Assembly: GCA_963700145.1 (NCBI GenBank)
Contig: OY969474.1
Span: 2,240,001 to 2,304,000, forward strand
Source: an uncultured Acidobacteriota bacterium
Lineage (GTDB): Bacteria > Acidobacteriota > Thermoanaerobaculia > Multivoradales > UBA5704
Reading direction: 5' to 3'
DNA: 64,000 nucleotides
Below the pieces are notes generated by a model. It made no database searches. It saw only the letters and a list, made by a program, of their open reading frames with translations, and was not told the origin of the DNA. The translations under genes were made by a program, and so were the position numbers. Each line of letters opens with the position of its first letter. Within the stretch, counting starts at the first letter, position 1. Positions 33,254 through 43,257 of the stretch are shown here, in pieces.

Positions 33254-34640
33254 GCTGTAAGGGCAGGGCGCGGCCGAGCTTGCGCGCCACCCGGTCCTGG
33301 ATCCAGTGCGGGTCCCACCACTCGACCGGGTTGATCGCGAGGCCGCCCAAGAGCATCGTGAAGTGGAGGTGGTCGCCGCCGGCCAGGCCCGTCTGCCCCG
33401 AGCGCCCCAGTGTCTGACCGCGCTTCACCGTCTGCCCCTGCGACACTTCGAGCGTCGAGAGATGGCCGTAGAGGCTCTGCAGGCCGTAGCCGTGGTCGAG
33501 CACCACGGCGTTGCCGAAGATCCCGAAGTAGCGGGCGAGGACGACGACGCCGGCGTTGGACGCCGGCACGGCGTCGCGCTCGACCGAGGCCATGTCGAAG
33601 CCGAGGTGGTACTGCTGGTCGACCTCCTTGCCGTTGTGGACGTAGGTGCGGTGGTCGGCGAAGGCGGCGGTGATGGCGGTGTTGGCCATCGGCAGGAAGG
33701 GCTGGTTCCAGAGGAAGCGCTTCGCCGAGCGGGCCCCCAGCTCCTTGAGCGTCTGGTTGTTCTTCTTGCGCAGCTCGCGGTTGATCGCCAGGTAGTTCGC
33801 GAGGAGGTTCCCCTTGTCGTCCACCTCCGGCGATTGGCCCATGATCTCCGGCACCACCTTGTTCATGAAGGGGTCGGTGACCTCGATCGTGTCCGTGCCC
33901 GGCGGCCGCGCCTTGAACTGGTCGATGAAGCCGACCGCGGCCTCGTTGCCGACGTCGTCGATCGCCACCAGGCGGATCTCGGCCGGGTCGGCGAGGTCGT
34001 AGGGGATGCCGAAGAGGGCGAAGCGCGTCCCCTTGCCGGCGCCGGGGAGCGGATGCCCGGGGAACCACCAGGCGCCGGAGCGCACGCCGTCGCGCACCGC
34101 CGTCGGCCCGACCTGGTAGACGACGCACTCCGAGCCCCCCTGCGCCGCGAAGTGGTGGAGCGAGGCGACGCCGAGGACCGGCGGCGCCAGGCGCACCGGC
34201 AACTCGACCTCCTCGACCACCGGCGGCGGCGTGCGCGCCCAGCTGCCGGTGCGCTCGACGGTGACCCGTACGGTCGCCGGCCCGGAGCGCAGCCCCTTGA
34301 CCGTGTCGCGCCCGACGCCGACGGTCACGGTCTCGGGCTTGCCGCCGCCGAAGGGGTTCCACCCCGAGCGGGGCGTGAACGTCCGCTCGGCAACCGGCAC
34401 CGCCTTCCCCTGCTGCACCACCTCTACCCGCAGCGCCGTGGCGCGGCCGGCGTCGTCGAGCGCGATCTCGATCGGCGTGTTGCGGCCGATGCCGGGGAGC
34501 TTCGGCTTGATCGTGACGTCCGGGGCGCCGCCCACCCAGAAGGCAGTCGCCGCGGCCAGCGCCGCGACCAGCAGCGCGGCCGCCATGAGCCCGCGCACGA
34601 AGCACCCCTTGGTCTGTTTCCGTCGATCGCGCCGCGACAT
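33249..34640 (-). CDS. M23 family metallopeptidase
   Basis: HLGFD, YGHLS, HLHF motifs; N-terminal TM. Confidence 0.9.
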   Translation of the reverse strand: MSRRDRRKQTKGCFVRGLMAAALLVAALAAATAFWVGGAPDVTIKPKLPGIGRNTPIEIALDDAGRATALRVEVVQQGKAVPVAERTFTPRSGWNPFGGGKPETVTVGVGRDTVKGLRSGPATVRVTVERTGSWARTPPPVVEEVELPVRLAPPVLGVASLHHFAAQGGSECVVYQVGPTAVRDGVRSGAWWFPGHPLPGAGKGTRFALFGIPYDLADPAEIRLVAIDDVGNEAAVGFIDQFKARPPGTDTIEVTDPFMNKVVPEIMGQSPEVDDKGNLLANYLAINRELRKKNNQTLKELGARSAKRFLWNQPFLPMANTAITAAFADHRTYVHNGKEVDQQYHLGFDMASVERDAVPASNAGVVVLARYFGIFGNAVVLDHGYGLQSLYGHLSTLEVSQGQTVKRGQTLGRSGQTGLAGGDHLHFTMLLGGLAINPVEWWDPHWIQDRVARKLGRALPLQP

Positions 34641-34679
34641 GGCGGCGCATCGTAGCAAAGCGCCTGCCCGGCGCCGGGT

Positions 34680-35201
34680 TCAGGAGGAGGGGCGCAGCAC
34701 CGCGCGGTAGGCTCGCCAGGCGGCGCGGGCGGCGGCGAGGTCTGCCGGCGCGAGGTCCAGCTCGCTCGCCACGCGGCGGATCGCGTCGTCCTCGACGCCC
34801 GAGATCGAGTCGTCGGCGGCCGAGACCGCGAAGAGGCAGTCGAGCAGCTCGCGGCACTGCTCGCGCGTCGCGATCTGCTTGAACTCGCGGGTGACCAGGA
34901 AGTCCTCGGTGCCGGCGTCGGCGTGCGCCCGCGCCTTGGCGATCGCCACCGCCAGCACTGCCTGCGCCTCCGGCAGGTGGCCGCGGTCGACCAGGACGCG
35001 CTCCATGCGGTGCGTCTCCTGCTCGGAGATGGCGAGGTCGGCGTGGGCGACGCGCGCCAGGACGTAGGCGAAGGCGGCGACGTAACGCGCCCGCTCCGGC
35101 GGCAGCGCCTCGAGGCGGCGGACGATCTCGCGCACGGTGTCGGTCTCGCCCGCGGGGTCCGCGGGCCGATTCCCACCCAGCAAATCGCGCAGAGAAAGCA
35201 T
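34680..35201 (-). CDS. TerB family protein
   Basis: VAHADLAISEQE and FAVSAADDSISGVE duplicated motif. Confidence 0.8.
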   Translation of the reverse strand: MLSLRDLLGGNRPADPAGETDTVREIVRRLEALPPERARYVAAFAYVLARVAHADLAISEQETHRMERVLVDRGHLPEAQAVLAVAIAKARAHADAGTEDFLVTREFKQIATREQCRELLDCLFAVSAADDSISGVEDDAIRRVASELDLAPADLAAARAAWRAYRAVLRPSS

Positions 35202-35232
35202 CGGCTGACGCCGGAGCATAGCAAGGCGTCGA

Positions 35233-35261
35233 TTGACAGCGGCGGCGCTGCCGTCTACACT
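35233..35261 (+). promoter_or_regulatory. sigma70-like promoter
   Basis: TTGACA-N17-TACACT. Confidence 0.7.
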
Positions 35262-35363
35262 TCACGCGCTCCAGGAAATCCGAATGCCGTTATTCGGCTC
35301 GTCGGTTCGGGCCGTTGCCAAGTGTGTGTAAACGGTTCATCCCTACCCAAGGAGAGCACACGG

Positions 35364-36701
35364 ATGTCTAAGAGAGCAGTTCTGATGATGGTCTGCCTGC
35401 TGTTGGTCGCGGGTGCGGCTTCGGCCGAGCAGTACGTCCTCAACGCCAACGGCAACTGGAAGGCGAGCCATAGCGCCGCCGTCGCCGCCGCCGGCGGCAC
35501 CATCGACTGGTCGCACGGCAAGACGGGCCTGGGCGCCGTCACCTCGAGCAACCCCAACTTCCTCGCCAACCTGGCCGCCATCGGCGGCTTCTCGAGCGCC
35601 GCCCCCGACATGGTGGTCCAGTGGCAGGAGCCGACCGCCATCGAGGAGCTCGCGGTCAACCCCGCCGACGACACCTTCTACCCGCTGCAGTGGGCTCCCC
35701 CGGCGATCGACGCTCCCGCCGCCTGGGCCGCCGGCTGCACCGGCGACGGCGTGCGCGTGGCGGTCATCGACGGCGGCATCTACGCCGCGCACGAAGACCT
35801 CGACGCCAACGTCGACGTCGCCTGCTCGCGCTCGTTCGTGCCGGGCTTTGCCTTCAACCAGGACGTCGGCACCTTCTGGCACGGCACGCACGTGGCCGGT
35901 ATCGTCGCCGCCGAGGACAACAACGTCGGCGTCGTCGGCATCGCTCCCGACGCGACGATCGTCGGCGCCAAGGCGCTGCACAACGGCTCGGGCAGCTTCG
36001 GGGCGGTCATCGGCGCCATCCTCTACGCCTCCGACCCGGCCGCCTTCGGCGGCGCCGGCTGCGCCAAGGCCGACATCATCAACATGAGCCTCGGCGCCGG
36101 CTTCAACAAGAACCAGCCGGGCGCCGGCCCGCTGGTCGCCGCCATGGCGAAGGCGAACAACTTCGCCGCCAGCAACGGCGTCCTGGTCATCTCGGCCGCC
36201 GGCAACAACGGCCTCGACCTCGGCCAGTTCGGCAACGTCACCTTCGTGCCGTGCGAGTCCGGCAGCGGCGCCTGCGTCTCCGCCACCGGCCCGCTCGCTT
36301 GGGCCTACGGCAACACCGACTTCTCCCGCCCCGCCTCCTACAGCAACTACGGCGAGGGCACGATCTGGGTGGCCGGCCCCGGCGGCGACTTCGCCTACCC
36401 GGGCAACGAGAACTGCACGATGCCGACTGCCACCGGCACGATCACCCGCCCCTGCTGGGTGTTCGACATGGTGATGTCCACCGCCCGCGGCACGGTCGCC
36501 ACCGGCGGCTACTCCTGGGCGGCCGGCACCAGCATGGCGTCGCCCGCGGCCGCGGCCGTGGCGGCGATCATCAAGGGCGCCAACCCGGGGCTCTCCATGG
36601 GCGCGCTCAAGGCCGCTCTCGCGCAGTCGGCCACCAACGAAGGCGCGCACGAGTTCTACGGTCACGGCTGGGTCAACGCGGCCAACGCCTGCAGCCAGTA
36701 G
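35364..36701 (+). CDS. secreted S8 subtilisin-like protease
   Basis: Signal peptide; VAVIDGG, HGTHVAG, AAGN, GTSMASP; AAGGAG RBS. Confidence 0.93.
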   Translation: MSKRAVLMMVCLLLVAGAASAEQYVLNANGNWKASHSAAVAAAGGTIDWSHGKTGLGAVTSSNPNFLANLAAIGGFSSAAPDMVVQWQEPTAIEELAVNPADDTFYPLQWAPPAIDAPAAWAAGCTGDGVRVAVIDGGIYAAHEDLDANVDVACSRSFVPGFAFNQDVGTFWHGTHVAGIVAAEDNNVGVVGIAPDATIVGAKALHNGSGSFGAVIGAILYASDPAAFGGAGCAKADIINMSLGAGFNKNQPGAGPLVAAMAKANNFAASNGVLVISAAGNNGLDLGQFGNVTFVPCESGSGACVSATGPLAWAYGNTDFSRPASYSNYGEGTIWVAGPGGDFAYPGNENCTMPTATGTITRPCWVFDMVMSTARGTVATGGYSWAAGTSMASPAAAAVAAIIKGANPGLSMGALKAALAQSATNEGAHEFYGHGWVNAANACSQ

Positions 36702-36756
36702 GCCCTCGGGTTGCCAGCCGAGTAAGATTGACAAGTTGTTCTGTTGATTGAGTTTC

Positions 36757-36787
36757 CGAGGGGGGCGCAAGCCCCCCTCGAGCTTTT
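36757..36787 (+). terminator. intrinsic terminator
   Basis: CGAGGGGGGC-GCAA-GCCCCCCTCG then AGCTTTT. Confidence 0.75.
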
Positions 36788-36937
36788 CAAGCCCGCCGCT
36801 TCGCGCCCGGAATAGCCCCTCCCGGGCGGCTGTTACACTCCGCGGTCACCACAAGCGATGTAACCAGCCGTGAGCGGCTGCCAAGCCGCCAGAGCCCTCG
36901 ACTCGCGAAGCGTTACTCCGGAGGTAGAAGAGGACCC

Positions 36938-39166
36938 ATGTCGTTGCGCCGGATCGCTCTCCTCACGCTCCTCTCCCTCCCCGTCAGCCTGTCCTTGCTC
37001 TGCAGCGCTCCCACCCGGAGCGGCGCCGACCCGGTCGCGCCGCCGCAGCGGCTGGCCCCGGCCGCCGCCGGGCTGGACGCCGCGCCCTATCGCGACGCCG
37101 CCGAGGCCCTACGCAAGGGCGATGCCACGCGGGCTCAGAAGCTCCTCGCCCGCGCCGCCGCCGGCCGGCCCTCCCGGATGAAGGAGGCCTTCCGCCTCGC
37201 CGGCCTCTACGCCTATGCCGCCGGCGCCACCGCCGAGGCCGCGGAGCTCCTGGCTGCGGCCCCCGCCGGGGGCCCGCTGGAGGACTGGCGGCTCTACCTG
37301 CTCGCCGAGACCGCCCGCGAACGGGACGACGACGCGACCGCCGCCGAAGCCTACCGCCAGCTCCTCGCCACCTGCCCCGGCTCGCCGCTGCGGCCCCAGG
37401 CCTACCTGGCCGCCGCCCGCCTGGCCGACGCGGACGACGACAGCCGCGCCGTCCTCGACCTCGTCGAGGCGGCGCGCGCCGAGCGGGTCGAAGGGGAGGC
37501 CGCGACCGAGCTCGAGAGCCTGGCCTGGCGCATCGGCCGCCGGCTGGACGACGCCGCCGTGCGCGAGGAGTCGGCCCGCCGCCTGCTCGTCGAGTCCCCC
37601 TTCGCCGCCGGCAAGCTCCGTGTCGCCGACACCTTCCGCGCCTTCGACGGCTCGCTGGCGCTTGGCGAGGTCCTCTCGGCCGACGAGGTCAAGCGCCGCG
37701 CCCACAGCTTCCTCGACGGCCAGGAGCTGCCCAAGGCCGCCCTCTCCGTGCTGGAGGGGCTGCCGGAGGGGTCGCGCGACCTCGAATGGCACCTGCTCAA
37801 GGCGCGGGCGCTGACCGGCTCGAACCGCGGCGGCGAGGCCCTCGCCCTCCTCGAGCCGCTGGCCGCCGAGGGGCGGCCGCTCTCGGCCCGCCTGGAGGTG
37901 GCGCGCTCGCTGGCCACCGCCGAGCTGGCCGGGCGGGACCGCGGCGCCGCCCGCCGCGAGCTCCTGCGCACCTCGCATCGGCACCTCACCCGGGCCGCGC
38001 GCCTGGTCGAGGCGAGCCCGGAGCTCTCCGAGCTGCGCGCCGAGGAGCTGCGCTCGCTGCACGAGGACTTCCTCGACGCCGACCTCTTCGACCAGGCGAT
38101 CGACGCCCTGCGCATCCTCCGGCTCGTCGAGCCGCACGACACGACCGGCGCGCGCACCCTCTGGGAGCGCGGCTGGCGCGAGTACCGGAACGGCAACCCG
38201 ACCGGCGCCATCGGCACCTGGACGGTCCTCGCCGAGATCTATCCCGAGCACTCGGACGCGCAGCGCGGCTCCTATTGGAAGGCGCGCGCCTTCGAGGAGC
38301 TGGGGCAGCCGGGGCGGGCGCGCGACATCTACCGCCAGCTCGTGGCCGCCTCCGACACGATGGACTTCTACAGCCGCCGCGCACTCGACCGGCTCGGCCG
38401 CGAGGCCTGGGACAGCGGCGTGCGGACGGTTTCGGCCGCGGCCGCCGGCGCCTGGGAGATCGACCCGCTCCTGGTCCGCGCCAAGCTCCTGACCGACCTC
38501 GGCCTCGACGACCTCGCCACGCGCGAGATGGAGCTGGTCGGCGACCGCGCCGAGACCCAGGACCGACTGGCCCTGCGCGCCGTCATCCTCGGCCGCGGGG
38601 GCGAGGAGGCGCGGAGCCTCCTCATGCTGCGCGCCGCCTTCCCGGCCCTCGGCGGGCCGCGCCAGGCCGGCGTGCCGGCCGAGATCCTGCGCGCCTACTA
38701 CCCGCTGGAGTACGGCGACGAGATCCGCGCCGCCGCCCGCGCCAACCGGCTGGCCCCGGCGCTCGTCGCCGGCATCATCCGCCAGGAGAGCGCCTTCGAC
38801 CGCAAGGCGACGAGCCGCGTCGGCGCCAAGGGGCTGATGCAGCTCATGCCCGCCACGGCGCGCGAGATGTCGCGCAAGCTGGGCATGGACTACCACCCCT
38901 CGCGGCTCGAGGACCCGGAGGTCAATCTCCAGCTCGGCGCCGCCTACCTGCGCCAGCTGATCGACGAGTTCGACGGCAACGTCGAGCTGGCGGTGGCCTC
39001 CTACAACGGCGGCCCCAACCGCATCCGCCGGCTGTGGAAGGAGAACGGCGGCGGCGAGCTGGACTCCTTCGTCGAGACGATGACCCTCGACGAGTCGCGC
39101 GACTACGTCAAGCGCGTCCTGGTCCTCGCCGACAGCTACCGCCAGCTCTACCCGCTGGCGAGCTAG
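36938..39166 (+). CDS. Slt70-like lytic transglycosylase with TPR-like helical N-terminus
   Basis: IRQESAF, GAKGLMQLMP, ASYNGG, ESRDYV. Confidence 0.9.
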   Translation: MSLRRIALLTLLSLPVSLSLLCSAPTRSGADPVAPPQRLAPAAAGLDAAPYRDAAEALRKGDATRAQKLLARAAAGRPSRMKEAFRLAGLYAYAAGATAEAAELLAAAPAGGPLEDWRLYLLAETARERDDDATAAEAYRQLLATCPGSPLRPQAYLAAARLADADDDSRAVLDLVEAARAERVEGEAATELESLAWRIGRRLDDAAVREESARRLLVESPFAAGKLRVADTFRAFDGSLALGEVLSADEVKRRAHSFLDGQELPKAALSVLEGLPEGSRDLEWHLLKARALTGSNRGGEALALLEPLAAEGRPLSARLEVARSLATAELAGRDRGAARRELLRTSHRHLTRAARLVEASPELSELRAEELRSLHEDFLDADLFDQAIDALRILRLVEPHDTTGARTLWERGWREYRNGNPTGAIGTWTVLAEIYPEHSDAQRGSYWKARAFEELGQPGRARDIYRQLVAASDTMDFYSRRALDRLGREAWDSGVRTVSAAAAGAWEIDPLLVRAKLLTDLGLDDLATREMELVGDRAETQDRLALRAVILGRGGEEARSLLMLRAAFPALGGPRQAGVPAEILRAYYPLEYGDEIRAAARANRLAPALVAGIIRQESAFDRKATSRVGAKGLMQLMPATAREMSRKLGMDYHPSRLEDPEVNLQLGAAYLRQLIDEFDGNVELAVASYNGGPNRIRRLWKENGGGELDSFVETMTLDESRDYVKRVLVLADSYRQLYPLAS

Positions 39167-39193
39167 CATTAGCCACACCCAAAGGAGGACCGC

Positions 39194-39637
39194 ATGACGA
39201 CGAGCGTGGAAGCGCGCAACATGGAGCTGATGCAGACGCTGGACGACGCTTGGAACGCTCAGGACCTGGAGATCTTCCGCGCGCGCCACAAGCCCGACGT
39301 GGTCGTGCGCTGGCCGGGACAACCCGATCCGACGGTGGGGATCGAGGACCATGCCGCCGAGTCGATCGCGTTCTGGAAGACGTTTCCCGATCAGAAGCTC
39401 GACAACCGGCCGTATCGCGTGTTTTTCGCGTCAGGCGACTGGACCTGCTCGATCGCCCGCTTCCGCGGCACGATGAAAGGGCCGATGGTCGTGGGCGGCA
39501 AGGAGATCCCACCGACCGGCAAGTCGTTCGAGGTGGACTTCTACACGATTGCCAAGTGGAACGACGGTCAGATCGTGGAGGAAAACCTCATGTACGACCT
39601 GGTGGGGTTCCTCAAGCAGATCGGCCTGAGCGAATAG
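39194..39637 (+). CDS. SnoaL-like ester cyclase
   Basis: FWKTFPD, GTMKG, IPPTGKSF; AGGAGG RBS. Confidence 0.85.
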   Translation: MTTSVEARNMELMQTLDDAWNAQDLEIFRARHKPDVVVRWPGQPDPTVGIEDHAAESIAFWKTFPDQKLDNRPYRVFFASGDWTCSIARFRGTMKGPMVVGGKEIPPTGKSFEVDFYTIAKWNDGQIVEENLMYDLVGFLKQIGLSE

Positions 39638-39644
39638 GTCGTCG

Positions 39645-40301
39645 TCAGCGCTCCGCCGGTCGCCGCGCGCCGCTCGCCATCGGCAGGCTCCACCCGCGCC
39701 GCAACGCCGCGATCCGGATGACGAAGCAGAGAGCGGCGCCCGCCAACGCCACCGGCGCGGCGGGCAGCGGGAGCCAGTGCCCCGCTACCACGACCGCGGC
39801 GCCGGCGAGCGCCGCGAGCGCGTAGAGCTCCGACCGCAGCACCGTCGGGATCTCGCTGACCAGGGTGTCGCGCAACATGCCGCCTCCGATCCCCGTCAGC
39901 ATGCCGAGGAGCGCGGCAACGACGGGATGGAGCCCGAAGCCCAACGCCTTCTGGGTACCCGAGACGGCGAAGAGCGCCAGCCCGGCCGCGTCGAAGACCA
40001 GGATCGGATTGCGCAGACGTTCGATGCCCGGATGGCCCCAGAACGTGATCAAGCCGGCCGCCAACGCGACCGTGACGTAGAGCCACCCGGCGAGCGCGGC
40101 CGGAGGCACGGCGCCGATCAGCACGTCGCGGATCAGGCCCCCTCCGACGCCCGCGACGACCGCGAGCACGCACACGCCGAAGACGTCGAGGCGGTGCTTC
40201 ACGCCCACCGCCGCGCCGCTGACTGCGAACACTGCCGTGCCGGCGAGATCGAGGGCGAGCAGGAGGGAGCCGGCTGTAACCGGCCCGGGCGACGGATTCA
40301 C
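39645..40301 (-). CDS. UPF0126/TRIC family membrane protein
   Basis: GTAVFAVSG, GGGLIRDVL, DAAGLALF, GGGMLRD. Confidence 0.9.
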   Translation of the reverse strand: MNPSPGPVTAGSLLLALDLAGTAVFAVSGAAVGVKHRLDVFGVCVLAVVAGVGGGLIRDVLIGAVPPAALAGWLYVTVALAAGLITFWGHPGIERLRNPILVFDAAGLALFAVSGTQKALGFGLHPVVAALLGMLTGIGGGMLRDTLVSEIPTVLRSELYALAALAGAAVVVAGHWLPLPAAPVALAGAALCFVIRIAALRRGWSLPMASGARRPAER

Positions 40302-40425
40302 GTGAGCTCGGCCGAGGTAATCCTAACCGGAGAAGGTGGCGTAACGCCCGCCAGAAGCCCCGGAATGTCCCTGGGAGACCTTCAGACGCCCCGGTGGAGC
40401 CTCCCAATGTCCTCCCGGGACCCTC

Positions 40426-40635
40426 GGAACCTCCTGCGCGCTCTTCGGAACCTGTTGCGCGACGCCGGGAACCCATTGCGCGACGCCGGGAATGGGTTGC
40501 GCGCGCTGCGGAACCTATTCCGAGGCGCTCGGAAAGGGTTCCCGGCGCTCCGCAACCCATTCCCCGGCCCGCGCAACCCATTCCCACGCCCCGGGAAAGG
40601 GTTCCGAAGCCGCCGCAACCAGTTCCACGCCTCCC
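40426..40635. repeat. 21-bp-period array, 10 units with quasi-palindromic core GSAA-N4-TTSC
   Basis: Units start at 40426, 40447 ... 40615. Confidence 0.85.
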
Positions 40636-40845
40636 GCAGGCCATTGGACGCCGCCTGGAGGCGCGTCGCCGCCGCTCGGCGGGCGTTGCGGAGCGTCGCA
40701 CCCTAAATCCCCAACGACCCGGAAGCCCGCCCTGCGCGTCCGCTACACGCGCTGGGCACGGACGGCGGCGTGAGCCGCCGCTTGCGTTTGATCCCGAACG
40801 GCATCCACCAGAGCCAGACGCCGCTCAGCCTCCGAGGGTAAATAA

Positions 40846-40878
40846 AGCCCCGGCGGTCGCGCCAACGATCACCGGGGC
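40846..40878 (-). terminator. hairpin with U-tract downstream of the ClC gene
   Basis: Minus strand GCCCCGGTGATCG...CGACCGCCGGGGC-TTTATTT. Confidence 0.5.
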
Positions 40879-40980
40879 GTGGACTCGCCCGACCGAAGTC
40901 GAGCTCGCCAGCATCTGCATTGTTGCTCTCAGTCAGTATTTTTACAAGGGCTGCGAGCCGCTTCTTCTAGAACAGCTCTC

Positions 40981-43077
40981 TTACGAGGCCTTCATCGCCT
41001 CCAGCGCCGCCGTCGGCCCGAGGAGGACCAGCTCGTCGCCTTGGGCGAGCACGGTCTGGGCGTCGGGGATGACGCGTTCTTCGCCGCCGCGGCCTTTGCG
41101 CTTGATCTCGAGGACGCGGGCGCCGATCGTGTGCGGCAGGGCGGCCTCGGCGAGGGTCTTGCCCACCAGCTCGGGCGGCACCGGCACCAGCCGCACCGCG
41201 AAGTCGGGCGGCAGCTCGACGTAGTCGCGGTTGGCCCCCGCCTCGCGGCCCGAGACGAAGGTGGCGAGGAGCGCCGGCCGCCCCAGCACCTCCTGGGCGT
41301 AGACGGCCAGCAGGTCCTTCTTCGCCAGCACCCCCACGAACTTGCCGTTCGGCTCGACCACCGGCAGCCGCTCGAAGTCGCTGGCGCCGAGGACGTGCGT
41401 CGCGGTGTGCAGCCGCTCGTCGCTCTGGACGACCTCGCGCACCGGCACCATCAGGTCGTGGGCCAGGACGTGACTCAGGTGCTCGGGCTCGTCGAGGGCG
41501 TGCTTGATGTCGTGGAGCGAGATCGCCCCCAGGAGGCGCCCGTCCTCCCCCACCACGAAGAGGCGCTGGCGGTGCGCCCCGAGGAACTTCTCCACGACCT
41601 TCTTGTAGCCGTCGTCCGGCCGCAGGACGTCGGAGTCGGGGCGGGCCAGGTCCGCCGCCTTGAGCCCGGCCAGCACCGCCTCCTCCATCCGCCAGGCGAG
41701 GTCCACGCCGCGCCGGCGCAGCGAGTCGGTGTAGATCGACGCCGCGTGCAGCTTGCGCGACAGGGTGGAGGCGAGGATCGACGCCACCATCAGCGGCAGG
41801 ATCAGGTCGTAGTTGCCGGTGAACTCGAAGAGGATGAGGATGGCGCTGATCGGCGCGTGGCTGGTGCCGGCCGCCACCGCCGCCATGCCCACCGCGGCGT
41901 AGGCGCCGTAGGCGGCAGTGTGGGCCGGCCAGAGGGTGTGGACCCAGTAGCCGTAGCCGCCGCCGACCAGGGCGCCGACGAGGAGCGACGGCGTGAAGAG
42001 CCCGCCCGAGCCGCCGCCGCCGACGGTCAGCGACGTGGCCAGGAGCTTGGCGAGCGGCAAGGCGAGGAGGAGCATGGCGCCGCCGAGCTGCGGCGAGAGG
42101 TCCAGCTCGCCGGCCAGCGCGAGGTTGATGATCTCGGAGCCGCCGCCCAAGACGTGCGGCGCCACCACCCCGAGGGCGCCCAGGAGCCCCATCCCCAGCA
42201 GCGGCCGCAGCGGCACCGGCAGCCAGGTGAGCCGGGCGAAGAGGGCGCGGCCGCCGCGCACGCCGTAGATGAAGGCCACCGAGACGATGGCGCCGACCAG
42301 CCCCAGCCCGGCGTAGGCCAGGATCTCCCAGCCGCTCTCGAGCGCGTACCCTGGCGCGGCGTAGATCGGCACGTTGCCGGCGAGGGCGCGGGCGATGAGG
42401 GTCGAGATGACCGAGGAGACGACGATCGGCCCGAAGATCTCGAGCGCGAAGTTGCCGAGGATGACCTCCATGGCGAAGATCGCGCCGCCGACCGGGATGT
42501 TGTAGGCGGCGGCGAGGCCGGCCGCCGCGCCGCAGCCGACCAGGATCTTGATCCGGTGGGTGGGCAAGCCGACGCGCGAGCCGAGCCAGGAGGCGACCAT
42601 GGCGCCCAGCCGGATCATCGGCCCTTCGCGCCCCAGCGAGCCGCCGCTGCCGACGGTGGCGATCGCCGCCACGGCGTTGACCAGGACCGGCCGCGCCGGC
42701 ACCTTGCCGCCGAGGAGCGCCACCGCCTCGATGAGTTGCGACATGCCGCCGCCGGACGCCGGCAGCTTGGTCGCCCAGTAGACCAGCCCGACCAGGAGGC
42801 CGCCGGCCGCCGGCGCCGCCACCACCCGCCACCAGGGGACCTGCTGCGCCACCTCGAAGAGCGCCCCCGAGGAGCCCCAGAGGAGGGCCTGGAGGCGGGC
42901 CATCGCGGCGTGCACCGAGACTCCCAACACCCCCGCCAGCACCCCGACGCCGGCGATCAGCAGGTAGAAGAGGCGGTCCTCGCGGGTCGCCGCCCCGAAC
43001 CGGCGGGCGACCGTGAAGTCGAACGACTTGAGGGACTTGCGCAGCCGCTCGAGGAGGGCGGCGAGGCGCGCGCGCAT
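40981..43077 (-). CDS. ClC chloride channel/antiporter with CBS pair and TrkA-C domain
   Basis: GREGP, GGLFTP, CBS repeats, C-terminal RCK_C. Confidence 0.92.
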   Translation of the reverse strand: MRARLAALLERLRKSLKSFDFTVARRFGAATREDRLFYLLIAGVGVLAGVLGVSVHAAMARLQALLWGSSGALFEVAQQVPWWRVVAAPAAGGLLVGLVYWATKLPASGGGMSQLIEAVALLGGKVPARPVLVNAVAAIATVGSGGSLGREGPMIRLGAMVASWLGSRVGLPTHRIKILVGCGAAAGLAAAYNIPVGGAIFAMEVILGNFALEIFGPIVVSSVISTLIARALAGNVPIYAAPGYALESGWEILAYAGLGLVGAIVSVAFIYGVRGGRALFARLTWLPVPLRPLLGMGLLGALGVVAPHVLGGGSEIINLALAGELDLSPQLGGAMLLLALPLAKLLATSLTVGGGGSGGLFTPSLLVGALVGGGYGYWVHTLWPAHTAAYGAYAAVGMAAVAAGTSHAPISAILILFEFTGNYDLILPLMVASILASTLSRKLHAASIYTDSLRRRGVDLAWRMEEAVLAGLKAADLARPDSDVLRPDDGYKKVVEKFLGAHRQRLFVVGEDGRLLGAISLHDIKHALDEPEHLSHVLAHDLMVPVREVVQSDERLHTATHVLGASDFERLPVVEPNGKFVGVLAKKDLLAVYAQEVLGRPALLATFVSGREAGANRDYVELPPDFAVRLVPVPPELVGKTLAEAALPHTIGARVLEIKRKGRGGEERVIPDAQTVLAQGDELVLLGPTAALEAMKAS

Positions 43078-43257
43078 GAAAGGAGGGTATCAGGTGAGGA
43101 GGAGGGGCGGAGGGGGCCGGGTCGTCCCGGCCCCCTCGTCTGCGGAGGGTTGGGTACCGCAGGGCGGAAAGAACGTCCGCCAACGGGGGTCCGGTGCCGG
43201 CGGCGGACGCCGCCGGTGGCCCCCGGCTGGAGACGGCCGAAGCCGTCCTAGGACTTT

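Noticed and set aside
35262-35363. Riboswitch in the S8 protease leader
   Set aside because: Only a small hairpin (CCGAAT/ATTCGG); no recognisable aptamer.
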